Shown piece by piece: positions 46,614 to 61,123 of a stretch of 64,000 nucleotides of DNA. Source of the DNA: Octopus sinensis (taxonomy: Eukaryota); assembly GCF_006345805.1 (NCBI RefSeq), contig NC_042999.1, positions 58,156,001 to 58,220,000 of the forward strand, in the 5' to 3' direction. The position numbers and the translations under genes were made by a program. Positions within the stretch are counted from its first letter, which is position 1; each line of letters begins with the position of its first letter. A model generated the notes under the pieces. That model was not told where the DNA came from. It worked only from the letters and a program-made list of their open reading frames with translations, and searched no databases.

Positions 46614-47558
46614 CGGACACTACAAAGCAAAATGTCAACGGTTTATTTGAGGAGTTTTCTTTTTCGATAAGTGCGATAAGCTGTTTGATGATTAGGTTTT
46701 AATTACTAAAAAAAATAATAAAGTAAAAAAAAATGGAAATCTCAAAACCAAAATACAAAAACAATATTAGCGAACGACCATTCCTACCTCCTAAGTAGCG
46801 AGATTCACGCTTGATGGAATATAATTTATAGCTGATTGAACACAAGCTATACTCAAACAAGTTTTTTCTAGAGTTCAAGGGAATTATTTGTATAGTTGTC
46901 ATCAATTGTCAGTTGAAACTATCAATCATCAAATTAGATTTAACGTTTACCAATCATATCGATCAGATGAAACGTTGTCTACCAATATTTTAGCACCTTA
47001 ATTACGACGATGAAATATAAATAAGATAAAAGAGGATAAATAAATTTATAAAAAAAAAATGTACTGCAGCAAATTTACAAGAGATTCAATTGTTTATTTC
47101 ATTTTATTATTTTTTTTTACATTCTCTTTTATGTTTTTCGAAGCACTGTGTGAAACCACATATTATCATCATAGTCTTTCATAGAATAGCTGCTGGTTTA
47201 ATGGATGGTGGTGATAGCTTTATCTCGACGCAGGCATTGCTATTGTATGTCTGACAAATACATTTAATTCTGAATGACCCGAGTTATTTACTTATAAAGT
47301 CTGAGTTTTGCAGTCGTAAAATAAATGAGTGTTTTATTAGGTTAGAAATACTGACTTCAAATACTCTCATAAATTTTAATTTTTACTAGTTTAATTAGAG
47401 GAGAATGGACAACGACAACGACCCTTTTCAGGGGTCTTCGTGACTGATTGAAGTAAAGGAAGAAGTTATCCTTCCCTTACCCCTTTCAGTCCAAATGCTT
47501 CCAACAGTGTAATTCTACTAAAAACACTCAAGGACCAGGTGGTGGTATTACATTGGCA

Positions 47559-48113
47559 TTGGGTTGTCCGGAAAGTTCATGCCGATTTATAGTAGCTTAC
47601 CTTTCGACTTATTTTAGAACATGGTTAAGTCCATAAAATAGGACTTGACTACACCTCCATTTAAAGCACAGTTTAAGCTATCTTTTCGTGGAAGAAGTTT
47701 ATGTTCCTGTGTTAATCTGTAACCCTTTAAAATGGAAGATAAGAACGTTCATTTTCGGCACTTGATGCTTTGAGAACCCGACAAAAATTGCTGCAGCTCA
47801 GCTGGGATGTGTTACCCCACCCTCCATATTCACCAGATATTGCTCCTTTGGATTTCCACTTATTCAGGCCTCTGTAGAATAGTCATAATGGTAAATATTT
47901 CATTCCTTGGATGACGTAAAAAGATAACTTAATGAATTCTCTGCCATGAAACTACCTCAATTCTGGGAAGAGGGTATTTTCAAGTTAAAGGAAAGATGGA
48001 GACGCGTTGTGCAACAAAATGGTTCATGTTTGGTTGATTAAAAATGTAATAGCAAGTATTTATTGACATTTTTCTTTCTTTTAAAATCGGCACAAACTTT
48101 CCGGACAACCCAA
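47559..48113 (+). mobile_element. Internally deleted mariner (non-autonomous)
   Basis: TIRs ttgggttgtccggaaagttcatgccgattt / aaatcggcacaaactttccggacaacccaa, TA on the right; MEDKNVHFRHLML fused to LPHPPYSPDIAPLDFHLFR. Confidence 0.9.
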
Positions 48114-48767
48114 TATAATGATAAAAGTTTTCCGACCAAATATAGAAACGGGTCCTCCGATTGGCTTTTACATAGTTTCCATTCAGCTAATTTCACGCAC
48201 AAGATTTTCGTCTATTCGAAGCTATAGTAGGAGATACTTGTCCAAAGTGCTGTGAAATGGGATCAAACATGAAGCGGCATTGTTGCAAAGCGAACTTGTT
48301 ACCCACATATCCATGCTCGTACTCATGTGATATATATGTTTGTGTTTGTGTGTGTCTGTCTGTTTGTCCTCCACCATCGCTTGATAACCGGTGTAGATGT
48401 GTTTATGTCCCTGTAACTTAACTGTTCGGCAAAAGAGACGGAAATAAGTGCTGAGGTCGATCCACTCGACTAAGGAGTCTCCAAGCTGGTGCCTCAGCAT
48501 GGCCGCAGTCTAATGACTGAAGCAAGTAAAAGATGAAAGCTAATAACTCGACGATCGCTATTTCAAGCCGAGAAAGGTCAAACAATTGGAGCCATTTATC
48601 TCAGACATGTTTTCACTGATTGACAAACTCACAGCGTTGATTAGAGAAAAAGAAAGACAGAAATAGAGAGAACGTCAACAAGGTTTTGTTATTCCTGATG
48701 TCTGGAATAATTTGGAAGGACCGTTAAACAACGAAAATGATTCCAAGTACAAACGAATCTAAATGGT

Positions 48768-49155
48768 GTAGGAGTGGCTGTGTGGTAAGTAGCTTGCTTA
48801 CCAACCACATGGTTCCGGGTTCAGTCCCATTGCGTGGCACCTTGGGCAAGTGTCTTCTACTATAGCCTCGGACCGACCAAAGCCTTGTGTGTGGATTTGG
48901 TAGACGGAAACTGAAAGAAGCCCGTCGTATATATGTATGTATATATAGGTATGTGTGTGTGCTTGTGTGTCTGTGTTTGTTCCCCCAACATCGCTTGACA
49001 ACCGATGCTGGTGTGGTTACGTCCCCGTAACTTAGTGGTTCGGCAAAAGAGACCGATAGAATAAGTACTAAGCTTACAAAGAATAAGTGCTGGGGTCCAT
49101 TTGCTCGACTAAAGGCGTTGCTCCAGCATGGTCGCAGTCAAGTGACTAAAACAAA
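48768..49155 (+). mobile_element. SINE family C, full length
   Basis: gtaggagtggctgtgtggtaagtagcttgc...gcagtcaagtgactaaaacaa. Other copies: 39995-40335 (-), 53435-53790 (+), 54760-55168 (-). Confidence 0.88.
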
Positions 49156-49199
49156 TGACCTTCATTTCATCCATTCATTTTTTATACCATCATTCTCAT

Positions 49200-50380
49200 T
49201 CGTTTTATTTTTTCCCCCACTTATGTGATTTTGCCCATTTTTGTACTATCCCACTATGTTTAGCCCCCCCCCCCCGTGGGCAATAAAGACATCGTTGTTG
49301 CAATCATCTGAAATGGAACTGCCAAAGAGTGATATTCGAGCAATTTTGCTATTCAACTTCAAAATAGGACGTAAAGCAGCTGAAACTTCTCGCGATATCA
49401 ACGAAACGTTTGGTCAGGAAATGACCAGTGAGTGACCAATTCGAAAATGGTTTAAAGGATTTCACAGTGTAATCCTGAGCCTTGAAGATCGTGAGCATAG
49501 TGGATGCCCATCTGTTATCGATGACGGTCAATTAAAGACCGTCATTGAAAAAGATCCACGTGAAACCACTCAAGAACTGGCAAAAGAACTTCAAGTTAGC
49601 CAGAGAAATGCCTGCAACCGTTCCATGCGATCGGAAAATCAAGAAAGCTCGACAAATAGGTATCACACGATTTGAATGAAAGTCAGAAAATGCACAGATA
49701 TGAAATTTGCTCGTCGCTCCTTTTCCGTAACCAGACCGATCCATTTCTCGACCGTAACTTGAGATGATTCTGTACAATAATAATAATGTTCTTCGCAGTG
49801 GTTGGACCAAAATGAAGCACCGAAAACCTTCCTCAAACCCGAGTTCTTCAAAAATAACGTTATGGTGACTGTTTGGTGGTGTACTGCTGGAGTCATCCAC
49901 TATAACTTCTTAAAACACCGAAAAATCATTACTGCAGAAATATATTGCCATGAAATTTCCAAAATGAACGAAAAACTGCTACTCGTCCATCCCAGACTGG
50001 TCAACAGAAGAGGACCAATCATTCTTTATGAAAATGCTCGACCACACATCTCACTAATGACACTCCAGAAGTTGAAACTTTCCCACCCAGCTTATTCCCC
50101 AGACCTTTCTTCTACCGACTACCGCTTTTCAAGCACTTTGATGGTTTCCTGCGAGAGAAGGAGATAAAAAATCAAGCCGATGCTGAAAGTGCGTTCAAAG
50201 AGTTCCTCAACTCCAGAACTCCAGGATTTTATTTTACAGGAATAAACAAACTTGTAATTCGTTGGTAAAAATGTGTTGATTGTCTGGTACTTACTTTGAT
50301 GAGTAAAATTTCCGCATTGTTGAAATATATTGTGATGAATTTTATGTTTCAAAATGTGGATTACTTTTACTCAGCCTGAC
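49200..50380 (+). pseudogene. Near full-length dead mariner transposase (Hsmar1/cecropia-like)
   Basis: ATG at 49313: MELPKSDIRAILLFNFKIGRKAAETSRDINETFG; VMVTVWW..AGVIHY; HPAYSPDLSSTDY; stops and frameshifts; TIR-like aaaatgtggattacttttactcagcct at the 3' end. Confidence 0.9.
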
Positions 50381-50468
50381 ACATATATATACACAACGGG
50401 CTTCCTTCAGTTTCCGTCTACCAAATCCACTCATAAGGCTTTGGGACCCTGGCTATAGTAGAAGACAT

Positions 50469-50882
50469 AAGGTTGTGAGCTGGCAGAAACGCTAAGACGC
50501 CGGGCGAAATGCTTAGCAGTATTTCGTTTGCCGTTATGTTCTGAGTTCAAATTCCGTCGAGGTCGACTTTGCCTTTCATCCTTTCGGGGTCGATTAAAAA
50601 AGTATCAGTTACGCAATGGGGTCGATATAATCGACTTAATCCGTTTGTCTGTCCTTGTTTGTCCCCTATGTTTAGCCCCTTGTGGGTAGTAAAGAAATAG
50701 GTATTTCGTCTGCCGTTATGTTCTGAGTTCAAATTCCGCCGGGGTCGACTTTGCCTTTCATCCTTTTGGGGTCGATAAATTAAGTACCAGTTACGCACTG
50801 GGGTCGATGTAATCGACTTAACCCCTTTGTCTGTCCTTGTTTGTCTCCTCTATATTTAGCCCCTTGTGGGCAATAAATAAAT
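50469..50882 (+). mobile_element. Dimeric family-B SINE nested in an antisense family-C SINE
   Basis: TSD aagacat at 50462-50468 and 50883-50889; internal junction aaagaaata|ggtatttcgtctg. An inverted monomer follows at 50969-51200. Confidence 0.88.
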
Positions 50883-52236
50883 AAGACATCTACCCAAAGT
50901 GCCACGCAGTGAGTTCGAACCCAGAATCATGTGACTGGAGAGCAAGCTTCTTACCACGAAGAAAAAATATATTTCTTTACTACCCACAAGGGGCTAAACA
51001 CAGAGGGGACAAACAAGGACAGACAAACGGATTAAGTCGATTACATCGACCCCAGTGCGTAACGGGTACTTAATTTATCGACCCCGAAAGGATGAAAGGC
51101 AAAGTCGACCTCGGCGGAATTTGAACCCAGAACGTAACGGCAGACGAAATACGGCTACGCATTTCGCCCGGCGTGCTAACGTTTCTGCCAGCTCGCCGCC
51201 TTTTTACCTTAACATACCATTTAACACAAAAGATTATGAATATATATAGTCATAATTAAGCACAATTGTACATATTTCTTATTTCTGTCAATCCCCGTAT
51301 TTATAGATATCTGCCAGTAAGTATTTAAGTTTAAAGATGTATGTTGTTGACTGTTGGTAGTTCTTATAAAACCTATTTTCTCTAAAACACACACACACAC
51401 ACACACATTTGGAAATGTGGGTGTATGTTTGTGTTCGTTAGTTTGTTTATGTGTGTGTGCGTGAACGAGCGTGTGTTCAGCTTGTCCTCACTTGACGTTT
51501 CGTTTAACGTCATTTCTTTTCAATGTCGATGTTAATATGACACCAAGATAAAAAATATCTCAACTGTACGTCTGTCAAACTATCTTTATTTTTGTTTGCT
51601 AATATATTTTCCTTCTCTTTCTTTTGTAACTTGTGGTGTTTTCGCTTCCGTAAAATATAAATAAATAATGATGGATAACGTTACTAGTCACACAATAAAA
51701 AAAAAAAAACACAAACGTCGTCTATGCTACAATCTTTGCATATCTACTTCGTATTTCATAGTGATACAACCCTTTTAAGGTACGATAGTACGTAAAAAAA
51801 TATAAAATAGTGGAGTTCCTCGAATTTCATGGTGAAGAAATATCCCTTCGGCTGGAGGTACAAAGTCTGAAATTTGTGGGGAAGGGACTAGCTGATGACA
51901 TCGACTCCAATGTTTCACTGGTACTTAATTTATTGACCCCAAAAGGATGAAAAGCAAAGTCGACCTCGGCGGAATTTGAACTCAGAACGTAGCGGCAGAC
52001 GAAATGCCGTTAAATATTTCGCCCAGCGTGCTAACGATTCTACCAGCTCAGCGCCTCATGGTGAAGAAATATCAAACAACACCTCATGGATTTGGTACAG
52101 CAACGTACCGAAGAAGTTGGTCCAAATGAAGATGCAAAATTAAAACCACCTCGGATTTTGACAACTAAGGATCTTTCTGAGCCTTTCCAGTTTCATAGCT
52201 CGTAAAGCTTTAATCATTTTCAGTGAAAAAGATCCT

Positions 52237-52270
<34 letters not shown>

Positions 52271-52486
52271 GAGAGAGAGAGAGAGAGAAGAGGAGAGAGA
52301 GAGAGAAGAGAGAGAGAGAGCAGCATAATAGGGCTCAGGGCAAATCGGTACTCAGGGCCCGATCGTATTTCTTTATTGATATCTCGCCACAGAATATATA
52401 GATAAGAAATAAACCTCTAGACCCGTGAGGGCAACTGCTCAATGCAGCCAAGCTTTTGGACAGTAGTATAGAGAGAGAGAGAAAGG

Positions 52487-52535
<49 letters not shown>

Positions 52536-53789
52536 AAAAAAAGAAAGAAAAGTTCATAAACAGGTGAATTTCTAAATTTGTCACAAGGCCACCGATTTTG
52601 AAGATAGGGAGAAGTCGATTGCAACTGGTACTTATTTTATCGACTCCGAAAGGGTGAAAAAGAAAGTCGATCTTGGCAGCAATTGAACTCGGAAGCTGAA
52701 GATCCGGAAGAAATATCGCCAACCGTTTTGTCCGGCGAAGTAACGATTCTCCCAGTTTGCCGCCTTAAACAGGTTAATAATGAGCGAACACAACAGCTAC
52801 AAGGAATTATACGAACAGAAGAAAAATAATGCTCGACCACAAACCATGGAAATGTTCTTTAAGTAAATAATCTTATTGATTTTTGAGAATCTTAGCTAAA
52901 TGTATTTATAGCACACATATATTACATTGTTTAATTCTAAAGCTGTTTTGAGTTTTATTTAGAAGTTTGTTGCTGTCTTTTTGACGAGGAAAATACTGCA
53001 GGCATATACTGTAGGAATATATAACTCTTGTTTATATCGTTGAACGTATGGTGAAATAGATTTCGATTTACGTCGTTTCACTTAAAATCGCTCTTCTCAA
53101 GAATCTATCTACATACAACGTTAAGTGAGAACTGCGTCAAATATTATGAAGAAATGATGATGCTTGAACGGATGTGCGATTTACCACAGGTCAGGTGTTG
53201 AAGTGATCGTAGAGCAAAGAGAGATGAAGTGTTTTGCTCAAGAACACTGCGCACCACCCAGTACAGTAATTGAAAACATGATCGTGAGTGTAACACCTTC
53301 TCCACTAGGCCACGTGCCTTATACATACATACATACATACATACATACATACATACATACATACTTATTCTATAATATATAATGTATATATACAAACATC
53401 TCTATCTGTCTGTCTGTCTATCTATATAGATAGATGTGGTAAGTAGCTTGCTTACCAACAACGTAGTTCCGGGTCCAGTCCCACTGCGTGACGCCTTGGG
53501 CAAGTGTCTTCTACTATGGCCTCGGGCCGACCAGAGCCTTGTGAGTGGATTTGGTAGATGGAAACTGAAAGAAGCTCGTCGTATTTATGTATATGTATAT
53601 ATATGTGTGTGTGTTTGTGTGTCTGTGTTCCCCCTCCCCAACATCGCTTGACAACCGATGCTGGTGTGTTTACGTCTCCGTAACTTAGCGGTTCGGCAAA
53701 AAGAGACCGATAGAATAAGTCCGGGGAATCGATTTCCTCGACTAAATGTCCGCAGTGAAATGACTAAAACAAATAAAGAGTAAAGAGAG

Positions 53790-53865
<76 letters not shown>

Positions 53866-53878
53866 AGATATATATATA

Positions 53879-53913
<35 letters not shown>

Positions 53914-54064
53914 TAAGAAAGTTGGTTTGTGAAAGCACGTGGTTGAATATATAGAAATAGTAAAAAGTGAAAAAACTACAGAAGGCTTAAAGGTTAAAAA
54001 ATATATATATTTGCGTCAATATGTCTGAAGAATATTAAAAATTTTACTATTTTCTCTCTCTCTC

Positions 54065-54153
<89 letters not shown>

Positions 54154-54202
54154 GATATATATATATACATACATATATATTATACATACATATATACATA
54201 CA

Positions 54203-54243
<41 letters not shown>

Positions 54244-54629
54244 ACATACATATATATATATATACATATATATTATATATACATACATATATATATATAC
54301 ATACATATATATATACAATATAGAAACATATATATATATACATATATATATATACATATAAATATAATATATATATATACGTATATCTATATACATATAA
54401 TATATATATATACACACACATATACATATTCTATATATACATATATATATACATATATATATTTATACATATATACATATATATATACATATATATATTA
54501 TACATATATACATATATATATTTATACATATATATATATATATATATATACATGTATATATTTATGCATATAAATATATATATATAATATATATATACAT
54601 GTATATATTTATACATATATATATTTTAC

Positions 54630-54689
<60 letters not shown>

Positions 54690-55223
54690 GATATATATAT
54701 ATATATAATATATATATATATATACATGTAATATATTATAATACATAAAATATATATACTCTTTTACTCTTTTTACTTGTTTCAGTCATTTGACTGCGGT
54801 CATGCTGAAGCACCGCCTTTAGTCGTGCAAATCGACCCCGGGACTTATTCTTTGTAAGCCCAGTACTTATTCTATCGGTCTCTTTTGCCGAACCGCTAAG
54901 TGACGGGGACGTAAACACACCAGCATCGGCTGTCAAGCAAAGCTAGGGGGACAAACACAGACACACAAACACACACACACATACATATATATATATACAT
55001 ATATACAATAGGCTTCTTTCAGTTTCCGTCTACCAAATCCACTCACAAGGCATTGGTCGGCCCGAGGCTATAGCAGACGACACTTGCCCAAGATGCCGCG
55101 CAGTGGGACTGAACCCGGAACCATGTGGTTGGTTAGCAAGCTACTTACCACACAGCCACTCCTGCACCTATATATAGGTGCAGGAGACGGTGCAGGAGAC
55201 GGTATATTATATATACATATAAT

Positions 55224-55267
<44 letters not shown>

Positions 55268-55331
55268 ATATATATAATATATATATATATATGTATATAT
55301 ATATGTATATATATATATATTATATATATAT

Positions 55332-55386
<55 letters not shown>

Positions 55387-55391
55387 GTATG

Positions 55392-55425
<34 letters not shown>

Positions 55426-55535
55426 GTATGTATATAATATATATGTATGTATATATATATATATATTTATGTATATATATATATATATGTATGTATATAT
55501 ATATATATGTATGTATATATATATATATATGTATG

Positions 55536-55571
<36 letters not shown>

Positions 55572-55576
55572 GTATG

Positions 55577-55613
<37 letters not shown>

Positions 55614-55860
55614 GTATGTATATATATATATGTATATATATATATATGTATATATATATATGTATATATTTATAATGTATATTATATATATATATGTATA
55701 TATATATATGTATTATATATATATATGTATATATATATATGTATATATATATGTATATATATATGTATATATATTATATATATATATTATATATATATAT
55801 ATTATATATTATATAGATATATATATATATATATATATATATATCAATATATATATACAC
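53790..55860. repeat. Two large TA-rich arrays flanking a family-C SINE
   Basis: TATAC-type variants on the left (54080-54700) and GTATA-type on the right (55380-55850); source of the (YI)n ORFs. Confidence 0.95.
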
Positions 55861-56973
55861 AGAATATATAAGGAGTTTTTGTCAACTGCAACTGAAAGTG
55901 TGATGTTGAGACTGTCTGTCAGAAGTGGCTAGAAGTAGTTTCTCATTGAGCAGGTAAATATAGATGAAAGTTAAAATGTAAAAGCAAAACTTTTCGCACC
56001 ACTTGAAAAAGAAATTTAATTTAGATAGAAACTATAAACATATACGTGTATATTCTCTATCTAAATTATATATAAATATATATATATATATATATAGGCG
56101 CCATCGTGCAATAGAGCGAACCCGGAAGTACTTGGTTTCGTAGCAAACATCTTAGCCACATAGCCATGACTAACACTGGTATGGTGCATGATTGCGAAAG
56201 TGCATGATGCTCTAAAAGTATTGACTGTACAGACACACAATGCATCCATCTCATGCTTTAACTTTACCATCACCACTTCAATTTATGTTCACTGACATCT
56301 TTGTTGGCTTCACTGAAAGAAGTGAATGTTTAACATTTACTACTTCTACTTCAATGCAGCCGATGTTTTATATTTACAAACCCCATTTTCGGCGTCACTA
56401 ATGATCTTAATTCAGAGAAATCCCATTTCTCCTAGATATTTGTTCATTCAATAAGATACACACTATCAATGGCTTTATATTCCACCATTTAATCAGCATT
56501 CCAATACTTATTTCTACTCCGAATCACCAAAGAAATCTATAAAACTCACAGGCAAAGGCTTTCTTTAGCGAATGTCCATTTCTAATAATGTTCCGTCATT
56601 CCATACAACGCTAATATGATCATACGACGGAGGCACTACACCGTTGTCTGGCCTGCTAGAAATGGCAACCAATCTCACTCAAATCCCACTATATCATCTT
56701 ATAAAAGGAAGCACACAGCAGATACATAGATATCCTGAATCATGTAGCTGACTAGGATATCAAACCTTGTATTAAACAATAACAATCTAACACCAACACA
56801 CACTACCATTGAAAGAAAGCCATTTCAATATCTTATAGCAAGTCGCTGTACTGGCTGGCCTGGGGATATAAAGAGATACACCTGCCCAACGTACCGCACA
56901 ATAGGACTGAACTAAAAAAAAACTGGGTTACACGGCGAACTTCTCAACCACACCGCCATTCTACGCATGTATG

Positions 56974-57009
<36 letters not shown>

Positions 57010-57099
57010 ATAATATATATGTGTATATGTATATATGCATGTATGTATACATATATGTACATATACACACATATATACATATGTTTGAATGTTGAATAT

Positions 57100-57410
57100 T
57101 AAATGTTTTCTATAATTTTATATGTGTACGTCTGTGTGTTCTATCCATCATTTTCATTCTTCCCTCCCTACCTCACCCTTCTCCTTCTCTACCTCATACC
57201 ACTCCTCATTTTGCTGTGTCACTCCCCATGCAAACCACTTACACATCACTCCTCTACTTTATTCTTTTCGTCATTATCAATTTTGAACCTAAGCACTTTT
57301 ATATTTTGTCTCTCTTTCTCGCTTATCTCCGATGAAGGTAAAATGCCCGAAACGTCAAACGTCTGTTCTTCACGACACAAATATTCTGTTAAGCGCTTAC
57401 AGGGTTAAAA
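57100..57410 (+). mobile_element. Penelope-like terminal-repeat relic with a degenerate hammerhead motif
   Basis: tct-ccgatga-aggtaaaatgccc-gaaac-gtc at 57326-57356. Confidence 0.5.
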
Positions 57411-60400
57411 TTATGCCAAACGTGAAGTTACATGTATCATCATCATCAATATCATCATCATCCTCATTGTTAATACTTGTAGTGATAGAGGAGGTGGTAT
57501 GGTGGTGGTAGTTGTAGATGTAGTATTTGTCGTTTTTGTTGTTGTTACTATTCTTTAGCCACAGGCCAGCTTGCTCATGGTCAGAGTAGTTCTTGCAACC
57601 ATCCAGCAATTTACATAATATATGTAAGTTTGATTATCTAATTCGACCGTTCTTTTCCCTTTTTTTGACGAAGATAGTGTAATTCGAAGGAAATATGGCT
57701 ACTATTTATAGCCAATCGAAAGACTATATAACGGCGCCGTCGATAATTTTCCTTCGAACTTAGTTCTGTCTGAAACCCTACTGCCTGTATTCAAATATAT
57801 TTCATATGTACTCGATAGTTTGAACTACCTAAATGAATTTTTATTAAAATATGAACGCACAATTGAGCAATGTACTCATACATCGAGTCCTGTTAGTATT
57901 CTGTTATTTCTTTCGGATTTTTTTACTTGTAATGACTATAATTAATATAATGTAATGTCCAGAAATGTTGTCAACAAACTCAATTGTTTTAGTTTTGTTA
58001 TTGTTTACTCGTGTTAAAAACAACAACCCAATTCTAATATGCATTTAAGAAACAAAACAGATAAACTGAAAACGGTAGAAAGCTATTGCCATCTCATGAG
58101 GCAGAGAACAACATTATCAATAAATAAAGAAAACTAATACATCAGAGAAAAGAACTGGTCTCTGAGATACAAATGATTGTTAAGAAATTGAAAGAAATTG
58201 TTGATGAGAATGAAGACACATAATGTTTAACTAGTGAAAATACAGCAGAATTGGGGGAAGCAGCTGTGCTGAAAGATAATAAAAATTAATTTTAGTTTCT
58301 ATTCCTGTAGATTTCTTATCGTACCTCAACAAACATATAAAAAAAAATCTTTGTGAAAATCTGAAAGCAGCTTTTCCAAAGACGGTGATTTGCGAAAGGA
58401 AAATTGTCGTTCTGGAAAATCTCAGTGGCGTCGTAAATTCGAGGAATACATAATTTGTTAAGCCAATAAATAACCTGTACGAATATTTGCAGGTGCTAGC
58501 ACGTTCTGCACAGATAACTGCATGGACCAAGGTGTGAAGATCCCAATCTGTCAGTATTTTTTAGGAAAAATCGCGTTACAATTTGTGTCTACGAAACCAA
58601 TAATACAAGGAAATATTGATTCTCCATGAAATTAATTTTAATTCAACAGACACAATCGCAGACACAAAGTAATGAAACGCTGGTAACTAATCAAATAGAA
58701 GCTTTTTTTTGCAAGAAACTTTAACAAACCATGACATTAATAATGGGCGTGTCTCAGTGTCTGGTCAAAAGTCCAGAATTATTTGCATAAATTTTGATCT
58801 TCGGAATATGAGAAGACCAATGTATGCATGAATCTACCAATAAAACTAATCGATCCGAAATAATCGAAAACAGTCCTGTTATTTCCACTACAATTGAGAG
58901 GTTCTCGTTATTAACTTAGGTTCTTTTTGTACAAGTAACATATTTAATTTTAACATAGGTACAAAGCCTCAAAGTTTAGAACGAGAGATATAGTTAGTTA
59001 AATCACTTTCGTACTGTTATTTTAGTTTATCCATAAAAATAATAGGTATAGTTCGCTTTGATAGGATCTGAATTTTGAAAGTATAGTGACCAGATTAAAT
59101 ATTGCGGGGTATTTTTGTGTTCGACGCACCATAAATCTCATTCTGTGCTATACAAGAAACACACTGCAATCAGCCGGATGGATATCACAGAGATTAGAAA
59201 CATCGATAAAATGTAAATCTTCCTTTTTCATTTCTTGCCAGCTTGTTTGGGGTGCTATGCAAATAGCTAGCTCCGAGAAACAGAAGCTATTGTAGTAGTG
59301 GTAGAAAGAGTTAGAGAAGCCAGAGTCTATAGAACTGAGAGATGAAGTGTACTGGTAACTCCTTGTTAGTCGGTCAAGGACAATCACGGGAAACTTGCGG
59401 TCCGCAGGACTTTCTGAATGACATGCCTTACGAGAAAATTACCTTGAATTTTCTTAGTAATGCGGCCCGCCTAATGACAAGCAATGTCTTATGCGGCCGG
59501 CTTCTTAAAAAAAAAGGTTGACCATACTTTGTCTAGGATGTTTGTTGCAGCAGCACTGTTCTTTGTTTGAAAGTAGCGATTCATTGTGGTTCTCATTTGA
59601 GGTTTGTAAAGAAACAGTTGTTCGGGGTGAATTATTTTTTGGCTCCGAAGAGTTAGGCTATGCCGTGAATGCTATGGATTTAAGATCACCAATGAGATTA
59701 TCAGTAATTGTGAGGCTTTATATGTCCCATAAGGGTGCAGGCGATGGTAATTTGTTAAAATCTGGATTGGAAGATGAAAAATACATCAAAGATGTGAAGG
59801 TTGTACTTGTGAAGATTAGTGTGAGCGAGTATACAAATTGCTGTTGAGAATTAAAGATTTAATAAAATAAGAAAAACAGAAACTGAATCGGCTTCTATAC
59901 GAGCAGCATTAGTGTAGGATGAGTGAGAGATAAAAAAAAAAAGAGCTATAGTCACTGGAAATGATTTCAGAGAGAAGTGAAATAAGATATACATCCTTAA
60001 TGCAGAACGGGAGATATTGAATCAGTTGAGAGGTTGCTGGAAGAGTTAGGAAAGGAGTGGAGGAAATTGGCAGGCTTAGAGTTATGAGGAAAGAAGCCTT
60101 TAATGTGAATCTCGAGCTTAAACTGATTATTTTTATCACTATCGAAAGAGGAATGAAATTATTTCACCTTTGCTTGTGGTTAAGGAAAAATGGGAAAAAG
60201 ATAGAAACAGAGGGATGAAGTAATAAAAAGAGTTATGCCAGATTTTCTTTATATATATATTATATCAAAAGAAAATCTGGCAAAATATTCGAAAAATAGT
60301 AAAAAAAATAGCCAGAGAAGTAACTATCAAAAATGTCAGCAATTACAACTATCATTTTATTTTATCTGCTACATCAATAAGCGTAAACAATACAAATAAT

Positions 60401-60637
60401 AACAGCACTACCGTCAACTGTATTATCAAGAACATTGATTACATCAAGCTTAGAAATAAAGGCTGATAAAGTTGTGTGGTAAAGCTATTCCCATCGCAAC
60501 CATGTGGTTCAGAGTTTGATTCTCGTTCGCAGTGCCTTGGACAGATGTCTTAAATGACTTCAACTACAGCTGCTGGTCGGCCTGAACTTTGTGAGTGAAG
60601 TTTGGTAGACGGAAGTTGTAAGGAAATCTGTCTTATA

Positions 60638-60743
60638 CGAGGGGTGTATGAAAAGTCTTGAGCCTCAGAAAAACAAAACATGGTACAAGACTTCCGATGA
60701 AGGTACAAGACTTCAAGGTTCAAAACTTTTCATACACCCCTCT
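60638..60743. mobile_element. Tiny mariner-type MITE (~106 bp)
   Basis: ta|cgaggggtgtatgaaaagt ... acttttcatacacccctct: 18 of 19 bp TIR match. Confidence 0.8.
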
Positions 60744-60792
60744 TGTGTGTGCAAACTCCTGTATATGTATTGAATATCTTATAAAAGAGAAT

Positions 60793-60846
<54 letters not shown>

Positions 60847-60855
60847 ATCTCTGTA

Positions 60856-60942
<87 letters not shown>

Positions 60943-61035
60943 GTATGTACATATATGTATGTATATGTGCATATATTTATATATTATTTATATTATTATA
61001 TGATCGAATGCCACGCATCCTTTTCCAAGTAAGTT

Positions 61036-61123
<88 letters not shown>

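Noticed and set aside
54047-55932. Many 100-160 aa Y/I/M-rich ORFs
   Set aside because: Translations of (TA)n/(TACA)n microsatellite; the same applies to 8978-9310 poly-His and the 46.1-46.6 kb and 60.7-61.2 kb ORFs.
56096-56130. YY1 (cgccat) and ETS (ccggaagt) motifs suggesting a promoter
   Set aside because: They are the reverse complement of a decayed family-C SINE head and B box (ggctatgtggctaag...ttccgggttcg).
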